Positions 49,740 to 58,732 of a stretch of DNA of 58,732 bases are shown in pieces. The stretch's first letter is position 1; the number at the start of each line of letters is the position of its first letter. Origin of the DNA: Catajapyx aquilonaris (Eukaryota); the NCBI GenBank assembly GCA_000934665.2, contig JYFJ02002349.1:1-58732 (forward strand). Direction: 5' to 3'. A program made the position numbers and the translations under genes. Below the pieces are notes generated by a model that saw nothing but the letters and a program-made list of their open reading frames with translations, was not told the origin of the DNA and did no database searches.

Positions 49740-52084
49740 CACCAACCCGGTCCACGACAACGCGGCCGTCGACTAAGCCCAGTTTTACGGTGACGTCGGT
49801 GACTGTTCCGCTGTCGACGTCCCCAGCTACGACGGACTGGGGGAATAATCCGGATAATTCGTGGCCGTCGAATCAGGGTCTGTGGCCGTCGCAGTCGCCG
49901 TCGTGGGTACCACCGACGCAGGAATCGCCGTCGTGGGTACTGCCAAATCAACCGTCGTGGGACCAACCACAGCAGTTTCCGCCCTGGCAGCAATGGCAAC
50001 AGTCGTCACCTGTACCGACCTGGTCCGCACCTCCTTCCTTGCCCCAACCATCTCCATCGGAGACAATGACCGTTCCGCCTGTGCTACCGGACGAGTCGAA
50101 GTTCAACGCGATTCCCATCGGAGTAGAGAACACATCGCTGGCGGACAAGGCACCGTTCAACACAGGAAACATATTCTTCACGTACAACCGAAACCCACAG
50201 CAGTTTCCTCTGACGCACATGACGCTCCGGAAGGACATGACCCATCCGACTGAAACGTACAGCAAGGACCCGCACCGGGATCAGATGCCAGGAAGAGGAA
50301 TCAGGCTGAGGAGACCTGTCTTCCACCAGAAGCCTCATGTCCACGACCGAGAAATCGGAAACATCATCCCGTTTCACAAGGAGCGTCTCCCGTTCGTGTC
50401 CAGGATGCCCATACCCATGGGTCCTCCCAGACCCAGAGGTCAGAAGGACCATTTGATCGCACAAGGGTTCAACCCCAACTCGGTCGTGGTTCAGAGCGGG
50501 TTCAAGCCAATCAGGTCCTCCGAGGACTCGGACGAACTCCAGCAGGTGACCATGAGGGACAACATTGCCGAAGGGACGGAAGACCAACACCGACATGTGG
50601 AGAACCCGTTTTTGGACAAGGTGCCTGAGAGCTTCGGACCGGTGTTCAGACCATCCCCGCCGGACTACGGTCACTTTAACGTGACACCGTTTAGAAGGCA
50701 CGAGCAGGACCTGCAGCCTCATCCGTCCAGAGTCAACAACATCTTTCGACCGCCTCCTATCAGGTCCGCTACCATCGAGGCACATCGTCGACACAGGCCG
50801 AACAGGCCCAGAACCAGACCGACAACCACGTACACCAAGCACTTAGGTCACCTCCCAGGGATACAACCAGGGGGTATGGACGATGAGGTGCACTACTCTG
50901 CCAGCGAAAGAGTGGACACCATCAGCGGACCACCGTTGGGGTCACGGCTGACCTCCCCTCCGATACCGAGACCTCATTCGCCACCTCCAGGAGCACTTGT
51001 GTCATACGACGGCACACCGGTCAACCCTGCGACGACCCAGATATTCAGGCCGGAGTACGGAAACAGACAGCCGCTGTCGCCGTTCTCGCCAGGTCCGTCT
51101 CCGCCGTCGTCGCCTCTGTCCACACTGCTGAAAACCACACCGCAGTTCAGGCCCTTTCAAGGCGACATACCACCACCGGTACCGGACGTAGTACCCGCAT
51201 ATTTGCCCCAACTGCAACGTAACCCTCCGATTGTACTGCGAAGCCCGACAGCTTCGTCGGTACTGGCGACTCTTCCGGTCAGACGAGAAGGCGGCCCAAC
51301 TCAAGTTCCGATGAGTAGGCCTACCAACTTATCAATCAGGCTCAGAGCAACCCCATTAACGCCAGCCGGCGTACGACTCACCACAGCAGAGCCACGAAGC
51401 ACCACCACAAGAAGCACCACAACCAGAGCGATCATCACGGAGCCAAGCAGCACCACAACCAGAAGAACCACCCCAACGCCAAGAAGCACAGTCAGAATCA
51501 CACCACGAGTCACGTCCAGAATCACTCCAAGAAGCACCGTAGTCAGAACCAGAGGAACCACTCTGGCTCCGAGCACCACCACCCTGAGCGCCATAGAGAG
51601 GTTCTTCATCCGTCGGCCAGGAGACAGCCAGGAGGCCTTCCACTACAAAGGTGCTGGACGCGACAGCATAACGACGTCCAACACCGACGCAGTCACTCTA
51701 GCCACATTCGACAGCTTCACCAGAGCTCCGTACACTCGAGGACCTGACAGAGAAGAGCTGACCAACGGTGTGCTCAACTCCATGAAGAACAGTCGGGACA
51801 GGAACGAGACAGGATTCCAGATCCTCACCGACATCTGGTCCATCATCGACAAGGATCGTACCACCAACGACACTAAAAGGCTGGAGAAGAGAGCCGCCTC
51901 CAAGACTGACGATGAAGACGAAAAGAATCAGATGGTGGTCGCAGGTGACGAGAAGAATCATTTCCACGGCGAGATGACCGTGGTCTACAGGAAGAATGTA
52001 AAATCAGGAGCTTCCGGAGCTCAAGTCGTTTGCAGCTCCATTGTTGCTGGTTGCCTCATTGTCGTCCTTTGGGTGACGTCGTAA
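32085..52084 (+). CDS. Skeletor: Protein Skeletor-like (signal peptide, DM13, DM13, DOMON, conserved C-terminal module, long Pro/Thr-rich mucin-like tail, GPI-type hydrophobic end); long isoform about 1892 aa
   Basis: join(32085..32130,39497..39658,39786..39858,39941..40049,40164..40326,40529..40785,45772..45871,45998..46182,46254..46449,47000..47192,47247..47796,47852..48076,48133..48265,48325..48556,49030..52084) = 5679 nt, all phases consistent. DM13 motifs FSYDGAGPDAFFW / FSYDGKAPDAHFW and VWCR..VNFG / VDFG; DOMON SKLNCEVL..FEVRWAVAG..YMSFG..MIGADV; QMGPTGGKNGYQAITG, WYINGLLVPEITVVRG, WTPDHNTPDLVYYQCYTHRYLGWKIHV; C-terminus SGASGAQVVCSSIVAGCLIVVLWVTS*. Confidence 0.9.
41368..42024 (+). 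CDS. Alternative terminal exon of the Skeletor-like gene encoding a 218-aa Q/N/H/F-rich low-complexity tail (short isoform about 488 aa)
   Basis: Strong acceptor TTTTTTTTATCTTTATTTTGCAG|41368 in phase 0, matching the phase-0 donor at 40786. The frame is open to TAG at 42022-42024, codon use is coding-like (CAG/AAC/CAC), and AATAAA follows at 42455 and 42641. Confidence 0.75.
   Translation, partial: RSHNGGAINYQTTRHEPNPPQQFNNNNQVYNPYADQNQVYFNQNQNQFNDQFASVNNAIFPPPTTYRPHIQFQQNHHQIQQHPVFQVQPVQQVQPTQHFAFQQHHHQQPFHFQQPHQNQFHHQHQASARHDVVIPHHHHNHHNNYNNNFNNNQHDSDRRFYQPLETLQGSSSSAVGYRPSRLESAFHEGQGVPQGSTGFSSFSFRLGDSAHNTYTTFH
49709..49738 (+). repeat. (ACG)10 coding microsatellite (poly-Thr) in the Skeletor-like last exon
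   Basis: Ten consecutive in-frame ACG codons. Confidence 0.95.
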
Positions 52085-55000
52085 TTTAATTTGCAATCGA
52101 CCAGATGCTGGGAGGGAAATGACCGGATAAAGTTGACTCTCAGAAAAACAGTTTTGTTGCGATTTTTTTGGGAGGTAAACGATTTGTGTACTTGGCACAA
52201 CAATGACGGCCTCATACTTTCCAAAAATCTGTCTGTTGTTATAGGAGGCTACTCCTTCCACACATCAGCAAGTAAACTGTTTTTCTATGAGCGATTGTCT
52301 CAATACCTGTGCCTTTAGTATGTTTTCTGGTGACAGCTCAATTCGCCCGTTTTCTGAGAGTTTTATTAATTTAAACGCTGTTTTCAAGAGTACAAAGAAA
52401 ATGTTGCTTTGAGGTGAACCACATTTCATTTTAACTTAATTTCGAAATGACAGCCGCGCTAATTTGAGCAGATAACATTGCCATGGAATCAGTAGGCCTT
52501 TTATTAACCACATTTTTAGTGGTATTTTTTTCTCTCTTCTAAAAAAACAACACCTGACTCTCTCTTACAAACACTTTTTGACACTTTTTTTTGCCAGAGA
52601 TGACGTTATGACGATAGAGCAGTTGCATGTTCTACGACGGAAAAAAACAATTTTGCATTGAGGAACGGTATTTTACCTTAACGAAAAATATTATCCTCGA
52701 TATTTTTTTTAAACGAATCGCTTTGTATAGGGTGCAACGCCAAAAACCCGGCTATTTTTTAGTTTTATTTCCAATTGTAATTACGAAACAAATAAATCGT
52801 GTTTTATAAAAATAACAACAAGAACCGATCCCCATATTTTTTCCCCAGCAGATGTCAGACCATCCGTCCAGCCAATCCTTACACACGCTGCTATCTATCC
52901 CAGATTTTCAGAACTAAATGTAGATCCGTAATACCCTGTCTATTTTCGTCCCACGCACATTTTCAAACGCTACCTGGAATATTTTCATAACTTTGTGGCC
53001 CAGCGTCAGTCACGACCCTTTTGACGACGCTAATCTGATCAGAAAGACGCTTGTACGGCTTCGACGTGAGCTGCTGCGTCGGTCGGATCAAAGAGATGTG
53101 CGACACCTTTTTTTAAAGTACGGTAGTTGTGCGTGTGATCAAAACTGAGGGGGCACAGGTGACAATAAATTTAAATTGCGGATAGCTCAAGTACGGAGCT
53201 TTAAACAAAAATAGTTACGCTGGGGGATCAGGCTGAACTAACGCAAATAAATGCGCCATAATTTATCAGCAAGCAAGCCTCATGAATAGAGTTATTACGC
53301 CACTAAATTATCCTGGAGGTGTTGACACCAAACAGGAAAGCAAACAATGTTGCATTGTCTGCGCCGACAATTACAATAGGATTACGTGCCAGTTTTGTTG
53401 CAGGCGCATTTATATTATTAATATTTACATTTCCTCCATTGCGAGCCGCAGACTAAAATTTTAATATGTTAATCCGAAATATAATTTGCTTTGAAGTGTG
53501 GACTGCGCGCTTTTCGTCACCAAAATATGCGAATTGTCGCCAAATTTGCGATTCATTTTTTAAACCACCACATTATTTTTTTGTCCAAAATTGATAGTAG
53601 ATGGGGTTCGTAGGGCCAAAACTCCAAAACCCAGCTCTCTCATATTGCTATACCCCCAGCCCTAGTACTAGGGAATCAATATCCCCCTTCCCCTAAGTTT
53701 CCCAGGCTATCGTCCGAGGGCGTGAGGGAGGTACCCCCCTCACCCCCTCCCCTGTACCCGTATAGTAGATGTCGTTCCAGTGCCAACACCTTCCTCGTAA
53801 GGGTTTCCGTGCCGTCTCTTGCTGCAGACTCTCCCAATGCGTTGAAGGTAAGCACTCTCTCGCAAAAAAAAATATATTTTTTTTGTGGACCCCCCTGGCA
53901 AGGGGGGGGAGGTCATGTGTCCCCCCTCTCCCCCCTCCATGTAGCACCCCCACCACCCCTACCCTCCCAACCTATTACATGTCTGTGTATGTGTGAAGTA
54001 TCGGCGCGAGACAAGGTCACCGAGCCGCACATTTTCGAGAGATACATAGTAAAATAATTAGGTATACTTTCCTGCTGCACCTTTTTTCAGCTTCATGTGT
54101 TCATGTGTTGTGTACGTTTTATTATTATTTTGCGATGTATGCTTTTTGATGTTGTTGGTGTCATTTTTTTTTTTTGAACTCAACTAGGGATGCGTCGCAA
54201 CGATTTTTTTTTTAACTTCGTATAGCGGCGGCGCCAGTATTGGCAAAATAGCGACAGTGCAGTAAATATTTTTTTTGGCCAAGAATGTGCCGGATATTGA
54301 GCGACCATGACAACACTCTTATGCAATTAGTTTCTGATGAAAAATGTACTGATGCACAATTTGAACCATAAAGGTTAACCTCCTCTTCCTCTCCAAAAAA
54401 AAAAAAACTAGCGTTAAATTTTGTGGCCGCCATCTTATCGGGGAACCTCCAGAGACCACTGCCGGCACGAAATGGGAACCCGAAAAACTAGGAGAAAAAA
54501 ACCCCCGGAAAAAAAATATTGGAACGTCGGATGACTCTGCGCCTTTCTGACGTTGGATCGACGGTTGTGCATGGTCAATAAAATCACTGCAAGGTTGTAG
54601 TCTCGACATAGGAAAATTTTTAGCAGCCAGGAAACCTTTTTTTCCCCCCCTTACAAGACAGTACGGCATGGTATACACCCTGACCTTGAGCCCATAAATC
54701 GTCAATTACACATTATCTGTATGACCTCCAGACGGATTGAATTACGCGCCCACTTTTGGGGTACTATACGCGACAAAAAGACTTTGACACTTTCGAGCAT
54801 CCGTTACAGCCTATACACTTGAATGAAAGAATATTAAGTAATTTTTTTTAAAAATTGATTCATCTACGTAATTAGACATTTGCGTTCATTATACAGGTTT
54901 AACTACGTGACAAAAAGACTTCTGAGCAGGGGCTCAAACTATACTGTTAATGAAATAATTATTTATTTGTGATTTCATTGTATACATATTTTCCACCATA

Positions 55001-55205
55001 ATTTTTGCGTTGATTATACAGATTTAGCGCATTGTTTGCAAGTAAATACAGAGTCAGCCCGTGATCCCAGACATTATATTGTACCTTGCAAATTAATGTG
55101 TTTGCACTCTTGCGGGCGAGTGTACAGTTGGCCAACTGCCCCGCACATTACTCTTGTTAGGTTTCTCTATAGGAGTTCCATGCCTCAGAGAGAGGGGGGG
55201 GATGG

Positions 55206-55213
55206 TATATAAA
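55206..55213 (+). promoter_or_regulatory. Candidate TATA box of an unidentified downstream transcript
   Basis: TATATAAA followed about 30 nt later by CATCATCACAG. No coding exon could be assigned within the window. Confidence 0.25.
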
Positions 55214-57181
55214 GGCATCGTCATCAGCATCATCATCATCACAGCCCGAGGCAACTATTGAGCACGCTTCATTTTGTTGCAAGAGTTGTAACGAGGAGGA
55301 ACCGAGCGAAACAAAGTTGCACAAATGAGGTGGAAGTGAAGGTTTTGCAACAGTCTAAGTACTTTTTGCGACTCGTTTTCCCGACTATAGGAAATGAAAC
55401 AAAAACGCAAATTTTTGTACCTTAAAAAAAGAAGCTGGGAGGATGGCTGACAAGGACCATTATCTGCGCGATTTTGCTACAGTTTGCTCATCAAAATTCG
55501 CCGATGATGTTATCGGTCTCAGAGAGATGGTACGGGAGTTGCAGTCGATCCAACCTATCGACTTTTTCTTTTTTTTTCGTCCCCAGATTTTTTTCTAGCC
55601 TTTTTGTTCCTCCCTTGCCGTGTTGCTCTTGAGGATAACCTTGGTGTAATTAGGGTAATCAGTGCGACAAATGCACTGTACCGACTGGTTGCATGTTTCC
55701 AGCATTGTTGTATGGAGTCTCCACAAAAAAAAATTTCATCAGGGGTGTCTCTCTCAGAGTTGTTTGTCCCACCCCTGAAGTGTTTACCCGGATTGGGTGG
55801 AAAACGCGATGGGTAATTTGGAATCCGGGCATGATTTCACCCAGCCTCCTATTTTATCCGGAAAACAAACAAGGATGAGCAATGGAGTGGAGGTGCAGAG
55901 GAAGGCTCTTGCGTGCTGATTGAAAGTGCTCTGCTTGTGCTAAAGCCATTGGAGCAACAATCGATTTCAAAGCTTGTTTTTCCTTGGTGGGGGGAGTAGA
56001 TGCAACCGATGCAAAAACCTTTTTCCAGGTTCGAGGTTCGCTTTCTCTTTGGGAGCCTAAGCTCCAGGGAAACTCTGCCAATAGGCTTCCGACATCTCCT
56101 GTCACTCCAATGTTCCCAGGAACTCTAACGAGATGCGAGCGCTCTTTGTGGGACCTAAATATTTGCGCAGACTTGGATTTACAGGCGTAATGCTCAGGTT
56201 GATCAAAATTTCAGCTTAAAAAAAATTAAGTGCCATTTGGCGCATCCTTTAGAGTTTAAGATGCCGAGTGGTACAGTACAATTACGATGTAGATTGAATT
56301 GCATCGGCTTTCTTTGACTATTGCATCGGTGCACTGTACTACTTCCCTGAGTGGCTGCTAGTGACGGATTGTCATCCACATGGGAACCGGACCAAATGGT
56401 GTGAAATGGGGGCTTCGTCGAAATTGGGGAGAGAGCACATCTGGAGAGGGGGGGCGGATGACGTCAGACAACCCCCCCTCTCCTAAAGTTTCAGAATTCG
56501 AAGATTTTCACCGGCAGAGGGGGCCTTGCAGAGCTCTGGAATTATGCAGATTTTGAGCTCATTTAATCAGAACACAATTCTGGAACTGTTTTAAATATTT
56601 AGCGCCCCCGACGAAATTAGCATCGAAGTCAGTTTTGTGCAAGGTCTATAACACGGCCTTCAATTATGGGACGAAGGCGGAGATTCGGGGAGGTTGATAA
56701 TATAAAAAATGGGGTGTACATATTTTTGTGTATACAGCAAGGATACTGCGCGGCGCCATGTATGAAAAAGTAATTGCATTTTAAACTTGTCATCTGCACA
56801 CTCCGGTTTTACAAAGGGCCTCCTCATGAATACTGGATGTGTGCAGCTCAATGCCACGAGCGCTGTTGGCAAATTTTAGTTTCCATTATTTTTGTGCTTT
56901 AAAATTTTTTTTTTCACTTTTATCCATTACACTGAAATGCATCAGTTTCATTTAATGTTCCATACGCTGGGTAATTATTTTGTTTTGTTATAATACTCAT
57001 GAGATAAAATTGCACTTTTGCACACTCTGTTCACTTTTGAAACATATCGCAAAAACTAATTCAGAATTCACTTTACTGAAAGGATGCTCTTGATTCGTTT
57101 GATATACAGTAAATTTGCAAAAAAATTAATTTTGAGTTTCCTCCACGGTGTAATTGTCGCTGACTTTAGTGACTATGATCG

Positions 57182-57255
57182 GGTTTCAATGTTATATTAA
57201 TAATCCGAGTTACTTTTTTTGAAAAATCCTTACTTTTGATTGTTGTCAACAATGG
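57182..57255 (-). repeat. Dispersed repeat fragment, copy B (inverted relative to 31101-31181)
   Basis: The reverse complement reads CCATTGTTGACAACAATCAAAAGTAAGGATTTTT...AACTCGGATTATTAATATAACATTGAAACC. Confidence 0.8.
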
Positions 57256-58732
57256 TTGCTGTAGCAATTCCAGTCAAAACCTTAAAACCGATGATTTATC
57301 ATTATAGTATAACCTGCTCTGTGTCTGTAATAAAACCGTTTCTTGTTAACTTCCATGATGTAATACTGCCTGAACTTGCAATATATATTTTTTAATTGCT
57401 TGAATTTCAGTGATTATTAAAACATGGCGCGACAATGTTTTGCACTCTCTTTTTTTGCAAATAAGTTATGTTTCAGTCAATTGATGCTGCAACATTGCAC
57501 TCACTTGTCGAGTCAACTGTTGCGGCGAGCACTTAAAATTCACTGAATGCTCCTTTGATCTCTCCACTCGACCGCTTTGAATCGCAGTGGCAAAGTTGGG
57601 GGGATTTAGACGAGTATATATACACACACCTGGAGGGGGGGATTGGCTGAACCCCGGTGTGCTTCAAGCTCAGGTGAAAGGCCTTTTGGAGAGAAGCCTC
57701 TGAAGCATCTTGTAGCTCAGGCGAGGACTTTGGGAGATGGGCTTTTTAATAGGATTATTGGCCTGGGTCGAATTGGCGGGCATGAACTAATCCAATTGGG
57801 ACGCTTCTTCCACCTCCTGAGGTCGGGACTCCCAGAGACACAGCCAGTCAACTCTAGTCAACGCAATCTGTCACCCACCTTGACCCAAGTTTAGGTCACG
57901 TCCCAAAAAATAAGGGGAAAGATAATTAGAGCTGGGGATAAGGACGGTTGGCACTTGTTCCGGTTCCAATTAAATATGGCTTCCTCTCCTTGCATTGTGT
58001 GCCAATCCAGAGTCTTCCGGAAATGACTTGATCAGCAGTTAGAAAAGGACGGGCGGTAATTATATTAGTCAACTACGTGACTTGCGTGCGTCTCATTCTC
58101 GTCTCATCAACAACACAAAGAAAGCCAACAAAAAAAGGTTGAAGTACAGCCTCGTTATTTTGTGTATAAGAATAAATTTTGGTCGATATAATATCGCTGC
58201 AAAATACACAGTTGGCTTGGCGGATTTCTGAGTAATGGCTGGAAATTGCATGGTGACATTGATCTCTTTTTTTACACCCTTTTGTTGTAAGTTTAGGGAA
58301 AAAAGTGGCCCTTAGTTTAGTGTACAGTCCTGTATAGCGTGGGCCGTATTGATGTGTACTGTAGTAAATTGAAGAGCGACACTGACCTGTTATCTAACCG
58401 TGACTATCGTACAAATCGCAGGACGATTCGACCCTGTTATATCATCCTGCGTGCTTGGTTAGGTTAACGGATGTATTTATTTAATTAGTGACGTAATGTT
58501 CGTATAGGTATGAATGCAAGCATCACCGTTAGCTATTAATTGTTAAAAGAGAAAGGATCTACCTGTATAAGGCAGCTACTGTAATGACAACAATTGGGGC
58601 TTAAACGGTGCACTGTCTCCTCCGAATACAACTGAGTGAATCTTGGCGCAAATTGCAGCTTGTCATTGCGACACTGGAAACACTTGCTTTATTTGCATTT
58701 GAATGAAAACCGCCAGTCATCAGCCCCCCTAA

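Noticed and set aside
49013..52084. Independent 1023-aa single-exon gene
   Set aside because: It starts at GTG with no signal peptide, and an in-phase acceptor at 49029 links it to the Skeletor-like exons.
55854..56160. Degenerate RNase H remnant of a non-LTR retrotransposon (minus strand HLVRVPGNIGVTGD vs WVPGHxGxxGNE)
   Set aside because: The key W, H and NExAD residues are absent and no RT or other flanking motifs were seen. It cannot be supported without a profile search.
57643..57894. 83-aa ORF near the window end
   Set aside because: It has a non-ATG start, no recognisable motif and no consistent splice sites on either strand.

Overview
Eukaryotic, intron-rich genomic DNA, most likely arthropod (Skeletor-type DM13/DOMON gene, Vreteno-type Tudor gene, many 50-90 nt introns). 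No prokaryotic systems, CRISPR arrays or rRNA were seen. Five spliced genes were reconstructed by hand with frame-consistent splice junctions: (1) + strand RRM + MYND + RGG-rich + 4xTudor protein (Vreteno/TDRD1-like, piRNA pathway; about 1490 aa; 4604-13191); (2) - strand 342-aa type I membrane protein resembling the C-terminal part of VWA7 (17281-18619); (3) + strand SEC23IP/DDHD2-type phospholipase (5' exon unresolved; 20479-24392); (4) - strand lipase maturation factor 1 (24938-27440); (5) + strand Skeletor-like DM13-DM13-DOMON protein (about 1892 aa; 32085-52084) with a candidate alternative Q/N/H-rich terminal exon. The most unexpected items are a small - strand ORF (15161-15583, possibly extended to 15760) with a WASP-like basic/CRIB/GBD/polyproline module but no recognisable WH1 or VCA domain, whose 5' end lies inside an inverted repeat; a complete tRNA-derived SINE with a V-type core and a 14-bp TSD; a recent 222-bp in-frame duplication of RG motifs in the Tudor gene; a probable GC-AG intron; and several fold-back elements. 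All family assignments come from motif recognition by eye, not from database searches.
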